Source: Dipteris shenzhenensis (lineage: Eukaryota). From it: 64,000 bases of DNA. Positions 24,431 through 37,790 of the stretch are shown piece after piece. The notes beneath the pieces are model-generated. The model saw only the letters and a list, made by a program, of their open reading frames with translations. It was not told the origin of the DNA and searched no databases. Numbering within the stretch: position 1 is the first letter of the stretch; the number at the start of each line of letters is the position of its first letter. Both the position numbers and the translations under genes were made by a program. The stretch lies in assembly GCA_047967505.1 (NCBI GenBank), contig CM106538.1; one strand, 5' to 3'.

Positions 24431-24854
24431 TAGATGATTTTTGTATTGGTTTTTAGGTTTCTAATAGATGGTCCTGTTCTCTGGAAAGCATAGGGAGACA
24501 CTTGAGGCAGCCACATGATTAAAAGCAGACCCTTAGGGCTGCCACAAGACAGCAACAGCAACACTTGGGACTGTCATGCAGGGAGCCATTTGGCCAATAG
24601 TAGCAGGTGTAGGCACACAGAGCTGCCATGAGTCGGCCACACAGGCAAACCAGCAAGTCTGTCATGTGAAACAGCAACAGCAACAGCAAACAGCCAGCCA
24701 TGTAGCACAGCAGCCATCGAGCACAAGGAGAAGGCAGGGCCCACAGTCAATGTCACCAAGTTATAAATATTCCAGGTCAAAGTTCCACTTGACCATTTAT
24801 TTGATCACAATTGAAGGGTTCTTCATTTATTTAATTATGTTCAAAGAGTTATAA

Positions 24855-25122
24855 CTAAGCCTAACTCCGATTACGGAGACTTGGCTTAGGCCAAGAGGGT
24901 TAACTACTGTTAACCAGAGCATTACAGAGCTGACTTCGGTCAAAGAGTGTTGGCTTCGGTCAACGAGATTTGGCTTACGCCAAGAGGTTTAACTCAGTTA
25001 ACCAAGATGTGCCAACTTCAGTTGGAGAGATTTGGCCATAATTAAGGTGCCTCAACTGTCGGTGAAGCCCCTTAATTATTATCAAGAGTATTGACCGTGG
25101 TCAACCAGAGAAACTGTTCTCT
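24855..25122 (+). other. Array of about 11 short stem-loops separated by GAG/AGAG linkers
   Basis: Examples: CTTGGC-TTAG-GCCAAG, GGTTAAC-TACT-GTTAACC, TGAC-TTCG-GTCA, GTTGGC-TTCG-GTCAAC, TTGGC-TTAC-GCCAA, CCAAC-TTCA-GTTGG, TTGAC-CGTG-GTCAA. Confidence 0.8.
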
Positions 25123-25531
25123 ATTATGTGCACATGTTTGGACACCCACAGTGACTAGGATTAGTCCACAAATTATTATTTGCATGCAAAGCGCTAACCA
25201 TTAACGGGTGCCATGGTTGTGCACTTTAGATAATTGTTGCAAGTACCAAGAGGAGTTGAAAACCCAAGCAATATGGAGCTTAGCAAGCATTTAGGAGATC
25301 ACGCGCGTGACCAAGTGCTACGAAGACTCCAGAGTTTTGCCCTTTGAGGCATGAAACTAAAATTTAGTCTAGGATTGCGACAAGTGGCAAGAAAGAGAGC
25401 TGAATGTTCTTTTGTAAAAATAATTCATGATGGATTTTTGTAAGCAGCCTGTGTGCTGAGCTGAATTTTGTATTCAGAATTTTCAGAAGCAATAAAAACC
25501 TTCGGGGGGGCCCAGCCCGACGATTGAGTTG

Positions 25532-25534
<3 letters not shown>

Positions 25535-25605
<71 letters not shown>
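25535..25605. repeat. (GT)n(GA)n compound microsatellite
   Basis: Directly visible. Confidence 0.95.
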
Positions 25606-25608
<3 letters not shown>

Positions 25609-25929
25609 ATTCTGCAAATGATTGTATGTTTTGACGACACTGCTTAAAAGGTTTCAGTCAACCAGCATCAGGTATGTAGGGGCACACTCACAGGTCAGCC
25701 CTATAACCTGAAAGTTGGCCCAGGCAGCCAAGCCCCCTCTTTTACCATCCCCAGATAACAACAGTCAGCTCCTAGACCCAGCAGCATTCAGTCCCTATAG
25801 CAACAGCCTAGCATGCAGCACTGAGCCTTCCCCTTGGGCTCAATCTCCAAGGTGATGAGGGGAAGCACAGTGCATCTCAGAGATGTGGCAGCATAGTACT
25901 TTTCCATGAATCAGGGATATGGGATGGCT

Positions 25930-26376
25930 AGTCTCCACTCTGCTACCCTCTCCTACTCTAGCCCCCCCACTCTCCTACACTCTCCTATCCTCTCCACTCT
26001 CCTACTCTAGCCTCTCCACTCTCCTACCCTGGCCTCTCAATCCTCCTGCTCCTCATCATTCTCTTGCTGTCCCTCCTCTTTCTCCCCGTACTCGCCCTCA
26101 TCCTCCCGAGTCCCCATACTCTTCCCCCCTCCTCCTCGTACTCTTCTTCCTCCCCCCCCTCCTCCTCCTCCTCCTCCTCCTCCTCTACATCCTCCTCCAT
26201 GAGGAGTCCTCCTCATCATACTCTCCCTCCCCCTTCTCCTCATAAATTTATTATTACACATAAGTTGTACCATATTGCCGTTTCTCGTTTCGCCGTTTTG
26301 GCACGGTCCGGAAACTCTACTTCCGGCGTTTCTACCGTTTCCATTTCCCCCATTTCCGTTTCGGTGTGCAACTATG
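25930..26376 (-). mobile_element. Truncated non-autonomous hAT-like element (same family as 46526-47385, opposite orientation)
   Basis: Ends in GTGCAACTATG, with CCGTTT (AAACGG) subterminal repeats and a CT-rich interior. The other end was not found. Confidence 0.75.
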
Positions 26377-26420
26377 ATTTGGATCTCAATTGCGTCTAGG
26401 GCATGTGGAGTGGGAGCATG

Positions 26421-29400
26421 TGTTGGGGTAAAGGCACTATGGCCACCCAAGTACAGTTAGTACACTTAAGTACAGTTAGTACTTTTATTTGTTAAGTACA
26501 CTAAGTACGGTGTACTTAGTGTTGTAACCTTATCCTTTCTTATAAAAGGTTGACTGTGTGCTAGGGGAGGTACACACATGTTTTATCCCCACACTCTTGT
26601 GTTTATCCTGCTTGTGTGTCGGTGTGCTCCTTCTCTCCCTCGCCACAAGTGGTATCAGAGCCTGCCTACCTTCTTCTCCCATCTGTCCAGCAACAGTGCC
26701 AGCAGCAGCATCGATCTGCTGCTTTCAGCAGAGACTGGCAGCATTCAGCGCTGCCAGCGCCATCAGCCATCGAGGCTATTCGTCGCCAGCAGCAAAGCTA
26801 CCAGCGACGCCAGCAGCCAAGCCACCGGCGACGCCAGCAGCCAAGCCGCCAGGCGACGCCAGCAGAAGTGGCGCTACCAGCGCCACAGGCGCCAGCAGAA
26901 GCGGCGCCAGCAGCGCCACAGGCGCCAGCAGCGGCGCTACCAGCACCACAGGCACCAGCGTCTCCACCGCAGTCTTGTTATGGGCGACTACTGGCGCTTG
27001 AACGAGGGCCAGCTTCGTCTCACTTCTTTCCCCGCCCCCGCCAAGCGTCCTCGCCCTGATTTCGGGACAAACTGTTGATTAATGCCTTTGGTATTCCTTA
27101 AAATCTTTGGAGAGCTTTGGCTTACAAAATGATGCAGACTACACTCCCGTGAGTACCTAGTCGGTGTTGAGAATTTCAAGTCACAAGGTACAAGTGCAAT
27201 TTATGAGCTCATCGTGAGCATTGTTGGTCAAATGCACTCTCAGTACGTAGATCTACTGTTTATGCCTACTGTGTGAGAGAAAATCTCAACATTGAACTGC
27301 AGAATCAAGGGGCTTTTGTAGCCACAGCCAAGCATTGGCTTGTATACGCATGTGTTTGCATTTATCCTCCTGTTTGGAGTTGATTCTTGCAGGATTTGGA
27401 TGCATTTTGTGACCTACGGGACAATGGAGGATGCATATAGTACACTAAGTACTACATTGTAGAATTGAGCACTGATTGTGCAAGATAAATTGGGGATTTT
27501 GCAATTGGAATGCATATCAGTGGTGGGGAAGCAACTGAATGCCTTACAGTGATCAGTGAAGCGGTACATGCACTAAATTCTCAGAAGTTTGCTTCCAGTC
27601 AAGGGGCTTTTGCCTAATTCTTGTTCTACACTGTGTTACACAGTTTTAGGGGCAACTAGAAGCTTGATGTTGACAGTTTTGAGCAGTTAAACAGTCAATT
27701 TCTGATTCTGTACTAAAAAGTACAGTCAGGTACTGTTTTGTGTCAACTACTGGACTGAAAACAGTCAATTTACTGAAGTACAGAGTGCACAAACTACTGC
27801 GGTTTTTTTTACTGTAATAGCAGGGCAGATGCTGTTGAAAATCAGGGTACTGCTGGATTGTACAACAGAGCATTTATTGATGCATACAGTTCTGCTGTTC
27901 TGAATCTGCAGCAAGCAGTAAACAGTCAGAATTCTCTGATTAAGTGGGAGAAAAGTTGCAGGTGCAGGTCCTGTTTTTTTTCCGTTGCAGGAATTTAATT
28001 TTTTTGAGCACAGTACAAGTGCCTGTGTGCACTTGGTTTGCAAGGAGTCAGGCACCCAAGTGTGGGTTATATTTCTTGCTGATTGTAATGGCTTCATCCT
28101 CGGAATCTTCTCTTCTCAATATTAAAAAGTTGCAGGGTGCTGCTAACTACCCAATGTGGAAAAAGATGCTCCTGAATGTGCTAATTCTCAGGCAGTTTCA
28201 TGCTCCTATTATACACAAAGGTGTGAAGCCCACTGGCACAACTGATGATGCTTGGGCACTAGCTGATCTGTCAGCAAAGTCCATAATTGAATTGTCACTC
28301 CATGAGAGTGTTGTTTGGAATGTGGATGGTGAAAAAACAGCCTGGGGTGTGTGGAAAAAGCTACAGGACACATATGAGCAGCAAAGTGTAGCCACAAAGA
28401 TATATTGGTTGCGCAAGTTCTTCAATCTGAAGATGAAGGAAGGGACCTCCATGGATGCACATCTCAATGAGTTTAATTCAATTGTCACTCAACTTGCAAA
28501 TCAAAAGTATGTGGTGGATGAGGAAACCAAGGGTATGGCACTCTTGATCTCTCTTCCTGAAAGTTGGGATACATTCACCACAGCTGTAACAAATGCAAAC
28601 ACTTTCATAAGTTTTTCAGATATCACAGGGCTGATTTTGCAAGAAGAGCAGAAGCTGAAAGCTCAAGATGCAATAAAGCCTAACAATGCCTTGAATGCAA
28701 GGGGGAGAAGTCAGCAAAGAGGCAAATCTCAGGAAAGGGGAAAAGGGAGGAGCAAGTCCCGCTCCAACAAAGATGTTGAGTGCTACTACTGTGGCAAAAA
28801 GGGACATACCAAAAAGCAGTGCTTTAAACTGAAAAATGATGAGAGAGACAAAGCCAAAAACACTGATGCGTCAGATGCAAAAGCAATTGTACCAGTAAGC
28901 AATGGCAAGAGCAGTGTGAAGATTGAAGAGCTTCATTCTACACATGGTTATGACAGTGAGGGAGAGGTTCTATTTCTCTCTACTTTGGATGCTCATTCTC
29001 TCCATGCAGGAGATTTTGCAGACATGCACTCTTGGATCATTGACTTAGGTGCCTCATTCCATGTTACACCTTACAAAGAATTGTTTGTAAGGTATGCAGC
29101 AGGCAGTAATGGAGTCGTTTTTCTAGGGGATAATCATGCATGCAGTATTGTCGGTGTTGGAGATGTCAGGCTTGTATTTGCTGATGGTACTCAGCTTATG
29201 CTTCACATTGTTAGGCATGTACCCGAAGTCAAGAAAAATCTGATTTCTACTGGCATGTTGGATGACGAAGGTTTTGTGACCAGCTTTGGTCATGGTTTCT
29301 GGAAGGTCACCAAAGGTGCCTTGGTTGTTGCCAGAGGCTCTAAGGTTGACACAATGTATACTCTTCATGCTAAAGTATGTAATCATGCTGATATTCATGC

Positions 29401-32400
29401 CACCGAGCTGCCGAGTATTTCTATGTGGCATAGCCGGATGGGACATATGAGCATAAGTGGAATGGAGCAATTGGCTCGCCTTGGCTACTTACCGTCTCTT
29501 AAATTTTCTGATTTAAAGTTTTGTGAGCACTGCATATATGGTAGACAGTTACAGTGTCCTCATAAAAGGAGATTAGGACATAAAGATGCTCAACTTGAGC
29601 TTGTGTATACAGACGTGTGTGAGATGCCTAGTCCTTCACTTGGAGGTGCACGGTACTTTGTCACATTTATAAATGATTCCACAAGGAAGGTGTGGGTGTA
29701 TCCTCTTTGATTGAAGAGTGATGTCTTTCCAGTGTTCCAAAAATGGCTTGCTATGGTTGAGAACCAAACAGGCAGAACACTGAAGGCTTTGCGGTCAGAT
29801 AACGGTGGGGAGTATATGTCTAATGCATTCAATGCATTTTGTGATGCTAGAGGTATTAAAAGAGAACTCACTGCTCCTTACAGTCCAGCGCAAAATGGCA
29901 CTGCAGAGCGTATGAATAGAACCATACAGGAAAAGTCCCGCTCTATGATGTCACATGCTGTTTTACCTCATGGATTTTGGGCTGAGGCTGTAAAAACAGC
30001 AGTACACCTCATCAATAGGTCACCAAATAAAAGACTAGATGGCAGGGTGCCAGAGGAGCTTTGGACAGGAAAACCTCCTTCCTATAAGCACTTGAGGGTC
30101 TTTGGCTGCACTGCGTACGTGCATATACGCAGAGAAGATCGCAGAAGCTTGATCCTAAGTCTCTTAAATGCATTTTTCTTGGATATGGTGACAGTGGTGA
30201 GATGGGTTACCGCCTATGGGATCCTGTGAATAAGAAGCTAATACGCAGCAATGATGTCTTATTTGATGAGTCATGTATGTTTAAGGCAGCAAATAAGCCT
30301 TCTGATGCTTCAGAGGTTGACATTGATGACTCGGGACATCCTGTACAATTCAGGCAGGCTGCGAATCAGCCACAACAGCAGCGTAATCAGCCAATGCATG
30401 ATGCTGTAGCAGGTCCAAATGGACAGCCCGCAGCGGCGGAAGATGTACTACGGGACATGCCACCTTTGGAAGACCTCCCAGGCATAATTCTGCAGCCTGA
30501 TCCACTGGAACAGCCACCTATTTTAGGTGAGCAGCAAGTTGGACAGCAAGACCAATGGGTCCAAAGGTCAACTCGACAAATGAAACCGCCAGACAGATTT
30601 GTTCCAGGAGCAGATTTTATTATGCTTACAGACTGTGGAGAACCTTCCTGTTACAAGCAAGCCGTGCAAATGCATGATAAAAGGTTATGGGAACTAGCCA
30701 TGAAGTCTGAAATGGACAGTCTCCATAAAAATGGTACTTGGGAATTGGTGCAGTTGCCTAAGGGCATGAAATTACTGCCATGCAAGTGGGTGTATAGATT
30801 GAAAGTCACACTTGGAGCTAAGCCAAGGTATAAAGCCACGTTGGTTGCCAAGGGCTTTAAGCACGAGTATGGTGTTGATTTTGATGAGATCTTTTCTCCA
30901 GTGGTTAAGATGACCACACTCAGGATTGTACTTGCTTTGGTTGCATGTGAGAATTTGGAATTATGCCAAATGGATGTGAAGACAGCCTTTCTTCACGGTG
31001 ATCTTCATGAGGAGATCTACATGCAGCAGCCAGAAGGATTTGCAGTCAAGGGCAAGGAGTCACTTGTATGCAAGCTTAAAAAGAGCCTTTACGGGCTGAA
31101 ACAGGCACCAAGGGAATGGTATAAGAAATTTGATACCTTCATGAAGTCCCAAGGTTTCAGGAGAAGTGATGACGATCACTGCTTATATACCAAAAGGGCT
31201 ACAAATGGCAGCTTAATCATTCTCATTTTATATGTGGATGACATGCTTATTGCTGGTAAAGCTCGTAAGGAGCTTGATGACCTTAAGAAAAGATTGCATG
31301 AGGCCTTTGATATGAAAGACCTTGGTGATGCAAATCACATACTGGGAATGCGGATACGGAGAGACAGGGGACAGCGTTTGTTGTATTTGTCTCAGACCGA
31401 ATATATTGGCAAAGTATTGCACAGGTTTCATATGGAGGGGGGGAAGACCCTTAGTTCTCCATTGCCTCCATATGTGAAACTCAGTGCAATGGACAGCCCA
31501 CACTCAAATGCTGATAGGGCTGAAATGGCCAAGATTCCTTATGCTTCAGCTTGTGGCAGTCTCATGTATGCCATGGTTGCTACCAGACCTGATATTGCGT
31601 TTGCAGTGGGAGTGGTTAGCAGGTATATGGCAAATCCAGGCAAGAAGCATTGGAATGCAGTGAAAGGTATCATGAGATACCTGAAGGGCACACAGGAGTT
31701 GTGCATATGCTTTGGCAAGCGAGATGCAAAGGTGCATGGTTATGTGGATTCAGATTTTGCTGGTCATCCCGATAACCGGAAGTCTACTACCGGTTATGTT
31801 TATACATTCATTGGAGGTGCAGTGTCATGGATGTCAAGGATGCAGCAGTGCATAGCCTTGTCTACCACGGAAGCTGAATATATTGCAGCCACAGAGGCAT
31901 GCAAGGAGGCCTTATGGTTATCTCGGCTAGTGGGAGACTTGGGCATTACAGGTGATATTCCATTGTTGCATTGTGACAGTCAGAGTGCTATTCAGTTGGC
32001 ACACAATCCTGTCTTTCATGCAAAGACAAAGCACATTGATGTGAAGTATCACTTCATCAGGGAGGTAATAGATGATAAGCTGATTCAGCTTGTCAAGATT
32101 CACACAGAGGATAATCCAGCAGATTTGTTGACAAAAGGCTTGCCTACAGAGCGGTTTGCACATTGCCGACAGTTGATGGGTATAGGTTGAGCCTCATTTA
32201 TTTTTACTTGAGGGCATATTGCCTTTAAGTGGGAGGTTGTTGGGGTAAAGGCACTATGGCCACCCAAGTACAGTTAGTACACTTAAGTACAGTTAGTACT
32301 TTTATTTGTTAAGTACACTAAGTACGGTGTACTTAGTGTTGTAACCTTATCCTTTCTTATAAAAGGTTGACTGTGTGCTAGGGGAGGTACACACATATGT

Positions 32401-32466
32401 TTTATCCCCACACTCTTGTGTTTATCCTGCTTGTGTGTCGGTGTGCTCCTTCTCTCCCTCGCCACA
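26421..32466 (+). mobile_element. Full-length copia LTR retrotransposon, copia-C
   Basis: LTRs 26421-26647 and 32238-32466 differ only by a 2-bp indel. TSD GCATG at 26416-26420 and 32467-32471; PBS TGGTATCAGAGCC 26650-26662. Confidence 0.98.
28088..32190 (+). pseudogene. copia-C gag-pol, disrupted
   Basis: CYYCGKKGHTKKQC, LRSDNGGEY, QMDVKTAFLHG, YVDDMLI. In-frame stop at 29708-29710 and a frameshift near 30145. Confidence 0.95.
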
Positions 32467-32479
32467 GCATGTATGGTCC

Positions 32480-35400
32480 CGTTGGAAGAACTCCGTGATC
32501 ATGCTCTAAGAAGTCTACTGGGCTATGCTCCTCCTACCTCTATGATCAAAGTGGGCGCTCATAATGTCTGACTGCCTCGTGGATGAACGCGGCCAAGCAT
32601 CTCTAATCTAGAAAGGAGAGGAACTAGGATAACAATCCAGAGCTATCTCTGAATAGGCAGTAGAAGCACCCTCGGATCTCATAGAAAACTGGGTGTCTAA
32701 AAATGAGATGCTCCTCGGAGTCAATCTCCCGTAGACTACATAATGTGAATATATGTCTCTCCCTAGGTACACCCTCTGCTCGACCACTCTCCATACGGAG
32801 TCTATGTGAAGAGACCCAAAACTGCCCGATAGAGATCCTCAGCGAATGGGGTAAATGAATCCACGTATATCCTGGTGGGTCAATAAACCCCTCATCTGAG
32901 ATATGTAGAAAATGATCTCTGTAAAAGATGAGCTTCACTAGAAGCTCACTCGGTTCCAACCAAGTCCGGAATATGTGTAGCTGCATCCTCACATATGACT
33001 TGGTTGACCTCCTGATACCGTAGTGGGGAGAACGGCGCATCGATGTGTATTGGAAGGGGAGACATATGTCCATGTGGAGCCCCAATGACTCAAACCACCT
33101 CACTGTGTGTGCAAACCAGCACCTCTGGTCACCTGCATCTGATAGAGCCATAGAAGAGGACTATGCTAGCGACAGTAGTTTGCTGTGTCCCGAGGTGTGA
33201 TCCCCATGCATATGCCCAGGCTCGATATAGGTAGGTAATGACCTGAAATGCTGCGTTGAGCTGCAACAAAGATGAACCAAACTCAGCCTGGATGATCTGG
33301 TGAGGAACTGATGGCTTATTGCAAATCATCTATGATAACATGAGTATCTGTAGTTGCTCCACACGAGCCCACTTTGTATCTGAAAAAGCTCACCCCCAAC
33401 AACGGCTGCCATACATCCCCGTTGGTCAGACCAAGGAGTCAGAAAGTAAGCACTTGGTCCGAGAGTCCTAAAAGTGTGAGTGGAAACACTGCCTCTCTAG
33501 TCTGGCCAACGAGGTGTGCCCTCTGCTCAAAGGATCCTACATCAATGGTCTCATGGTGAAAATAGGTCCGGAGAAGATAATCCCTAAATATGTGTATGGT
33601 GAGAGAATCTCAACCAGTGACCCATCAAAGGTAAACTGCTCCCGATTCATAGCGACCCAAGATGTATTGAAGGTCATGACCTTGGTTTTGCCAAGGTTGA
33701 CCTTCAAATCATGCGTCTCACAAAAGACTGTAGCACATGTAAGTGCCTCTCGAGGCCCTCTGTTGAGAATGATCACAGTACCACATCATCTGCATATAGC
33801 AAGATCTAAATCAGAGTGCTAGCAAGAAAGCAACCAGCCCCCCCTAGTGTCTGCATAACTGTCTCAAGCTCATCAATGTAGAGGCCAAACAAGGTTGGTG
33901 ATAGAGGACACCCTTGTTTGACCCCAATAGTACTCAAAATCTCGTCTGTCCATCCACTTTCATCAGTGCCATGACAGCCCAAATAATCTCTTGATCATAA
34001 CAAAATCCTACAGAACCTGATGAGGCAGGCTCTCGAAATTGTATGAAAGGCTTTGCGAAAGTCCACAAAGCAACAATAAACCTGCAGCTTCCATGCCCTC
34101 GCCTCCTCAATAATACATCTGAGTGTGAGAATGGTCCCATGATCATGTCGCAATCCGGCATGTCCATATGCTGTAAGCCCCTACATCTTTGCAAAATCGA
34201 TTGACCTCGGCATCAAGCACATGTATAAATCTTGGACATGACATGCCCGATCATGATGGTCTTGTAGTTCCCCGGGCTCATGGGATCCCCTGCCTTGTGG
34301 ATAAGGTGTGTGGGAAGCCAAGACAAGCACCTTCATTGAAGAGCTTTGCTAGGATCGAGGCTAGGATATTGATCCCATATGCAATAAACTCAATGCATAG
34401 ACACTCGTGATCTTTCACTCGGCCATTATGAAGCTTCATCACAGCATCTTAACACCCGCTTTAGTGAAGAATGTACAAGAAGTGAGACGAGGTGTATGTG
34501 AGAGGTCACGAGCTCGCTGATTTGGGATGTCGTATAGTGTGCCTGCATAATCATATCAGATTTTAGTGTCACTGAGACGCGAAGGGGACCGTCGCTCTAA
34601 AAATCTCCGCCAAAAGTCCTTGGAGTTGTTGCTAAACAGGGTGTTCCGTAATTCCTCCTCGTTTCGGTGGATAGATCATGTTTCTTCCTATGAACCAACC
34701 GACAATACTCACGGATCATTCCCAGTTTGTTAGGAAGGTTGTGTTTGGTTTCGAATCAAAGTTGACAGCGTAAAGCCTTACACTCATCATCATAACTATT
34801 ACTAGGGACGGTCCCAAGTGGCGGTGGGCGAGTGGAGCGAGTAGTGTGAAGGCAGGCGTGAAGGAAAGCCTTGTAAAGTGAGCGGGTGATCAGAGCAACG
34901 AAATCAATATACGTGAGAAGTGTATCAAGGTTTGTTGCATACCTAGGTGAGAGACTATGATCTAAGTGTATGTCATGATAAGTGCTATGGGTGATCAATG
35001 AAGTGAAGGGTACTGCAAGGCGAGGTGTGGAGATACGAAAGAGGAGATATGTGTGGTCGGCTCCAAGGGAAAGTGGTGTGATAAAAAAGTCAGTAATCCC
35101 AGAGACAGAAGTAAGGGATTTCATGATGTAATCAACAACGTTGGAGCCTCCCTCCATGTGAGAAGCAAGTAAAGCCACCTAAGAAGGCTATCTATCAAAA
35201 CCATTATAAATAATGAGATCATGCACCCTGCCCAAATCCAACAATGCATGCCTAAAAGATGTAATCAGGGCTCGCCTATCAGCTGAGACTCTCAGCAAAC
35301 CTACATCCTCTAGGTCAATGTCTGGTAGCAAAATAGAATCATCCCTGAAGAAGTGGTACCTGACATGCCCCTGTCCTCGCGTCGAAGTCCCAAACCAAGA

Positions 35401-37790
35401 AGGCTTCCCCACAGCTCGAGAAATCAATGATGTCCTGATAGAGAGCTGCATATGGTGATGTCTTAGTCCCTCTCGAATCTCTCGAGCAAAGTGTGAAGTC
35501 TCCGAGGGATAGTATAAGAGGGAAGTAGCATATTTGCTATGAACAAATCCTGGTTGCCTGTGTGTCGAATCTGGATCCAGAGAAACTTAAGAGTGTGGGT
35601 CTCTCCTCTACTGAGATGGTCCCCAAAAGAGAAGACCTGTAGAGAACTGCTACTCCTCTGGACCCTCGTACTCCTCATGTGTCGAATCCGGATCCAGAGA
35701 AACTTAGAGTGTGAGTCTCTCCTCTACTGAGATGGTCCCCAAAAGAGAAGACCTATAGAGAACTGCTACTCCTCCGGACCCTCGTACTCCTCATGTGTCC
35801 CTCGTCTCATCTCTGTAAGCAGCCTCCCGAGTATAACCACTGATGATTGGTAGAGGACGCTCTGGACTGGACTCTTATGTCTCTCTATATAGAAGACTAT
35901 GTTACGACTTGTTTATGATTCCAAGAAGTTCCCTGGTTCCGATCATAAGTTACCATTACATTTCCAAATACCGACAGGGTCTTGAATGTCTGAGACCCAT
36001 AGACCCCGCCCCCCTATGTGGGGGAGAGGCCATGTCCCCAACAAGGGCATGTAAGGAGTCGCCCATCTCATAACGCTGTCCACTCCCCGTCCTTCCAGGC
36101 TTGATCCCGCTACTGCATGAGAGTGCATCTGTCCTCTACCTGCAGAGGGGTAAGATCCTCCTCTATGGAGATCAATGGATGGTCTCATAGAACTGATCTA
36201 CGCAAGTCGCCCCTATGTATCATGAATTCGTATGATGAGGGGCTGTCTCGATTGGGATCTCTTCCCACCTGCTAGGCCCTCTCAATCCTGTGCTCTGCTA
36301 CCCCTAGGGTAGTGGCCACAAATGTAGCCGCATCACTCATCGGTGTGCTCTCGGTGCGTGGGATGCCATGAACTCTGATGTTGAGAGCCTTACTGGCTCT
36401 CTACTGCTGCTCCATGAGAGTGGCCGAAACAGTTAGACAGCGCAGGTTCCTGTTTGGCCACATACACCCATCTAGATGTCTCCTCAATGACAGTTTGCAT
36501 GCTTGCAATCTACGCCTCAACAACTAGTGTACTCCCTGGGAGTGTACACATGGTGGTGAAGTCCTCCCGGAGCTGCAAAACGTCTTGTCTGAACCCTTGG
36601 ATGAGGCCAGTCTGCTCTTGAATAACGCAGGCCTGCTCCTGAGTGTAGTGGGATTGCTCCTATGCGAAACGAGTCAACTCCACCTCTCGTGCTCGTATAC
36701 TGTGTACCTCTATGAGTAGGGCCTCCCATGTGTCTAGTGGGTCAGCTAGTCCACACCCTAGCTGAAACTAAAAAGGATGGGGTATAAAGTTAGGAGGGTG
36801 GGGTAGGATGGTAGGCAGTGACTGGGCGAGCTGGGTAAGATATGATTATGATTGAGGCATGGATGAGATGATCCCAGTACGGTGCGGGAGAGATGGCTAA
36901 GGATGAGATGATTCTAGTAGAATATGGGAGAGATGGTTGGCTGAGAGGGAGCGGTGAGAACAAGGTTGAGTAATGTGGACCTGTATGTGTGGCCTCTAGT
37001 GATGGTGGCATAATTGATGAATCGGATAGAGAATCTGTAGCAAAAGAGGAAGGAGAGATCGATGACAGGCTAGCTGTCGTGGGTGAAGCTGTAACTAACT
37101 GTGGATATAACTGTAGATGTAGCGGTGGTTGATGTCCATCCTATCAGCTGATGCTCAAGTAGATCCTGTCGATGTAGATGTAGATGTAGATGTAGATGTA
37201 GCTGTAGCTGTAGCTGTAGCTGAGGCTGGAGTAGATCCCGTCAATGTGGAGCTCTTATGGACCGCCCTACTATCCACTCCAAGACCGCCGCTCCGATTGA
37301 AGCGCTTATTGATGCAGCAGCAACCCCCTGCCTGCTGCAGCACTCTGTGCCATAGCACTTCCATCCACCACCCTCTCTACCTTGCAGGCCCTACTGCCAC
37401 CATCCAGCCAGCTCTCCCTCCTAGGCCGTCATGGGAGGGGTATCTCATTTGGCTTGGCCACATGGGTTGAAGCAAACGACAAGGGATCAGTAGTCACAAT
37501 GGCAAAAACGGAGAGAGAGAAAGACAATGACAAAGACAAAGATAAAATCAAGAAAGAAGTCAAACCTCAACATGTACAGTTAAAACGCGAGGGATGAAGG
37601 AGCAGCAAACACTGAGGGGGGCACGGACAGGCGGGGCAGCAAAGGACGGGCTAGACCGGCACAGCACAGACAGGCTAGGAGGGTGGGGCTGTTTCACACC
37701 AATCGTGCTCTCCACCCAGCCTAATAGGCCTCCTGGGGCACGAACATGTCCCTTGACGGACTCATATAGGCTCATCACCCCCCAAGTCTC
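32480..37790 (-). mobile_element. Near-full-length decayed LINE (ORF1 + APE endonuclease/RT/C-terminal Cys-His ORF2)
   Basis: ORF1-like KALNIRVHGIP (~36360-36395); EN-like SNVVDY and GADHTYL; RT GVKQGCPLSPTLFGLYIDE and LLYADD; C-terminal SSHRLRMESGR..SEEHLIF. Clade and ends uncertain. Confidence 0.85.
35561..35793. repeat. ~117-bp tandem duplication inside the LINE endonuclease region
   Basis: 35561-35677 vs 35678-35793. Confidence 0.92.

Noticed and set aside
25919-27078. Pro/Ser/Gln/Ala-rich ORFs
   Set aside because: Products of low-complexity hAT interior and copia leader repeats.
34017-34038. CTGATGA...GAAA hammerhead ribozyme-like core
   Set aside because: Stem II does not pair, and the segment is the antisense of LINE RT coding sequence.
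37170-37225. (GTAGAT)n(GTAGCT)n giving DVDVDV/TSTST peptides
   Set aside because: Simple hexamer repeat within the LINE 5' region.
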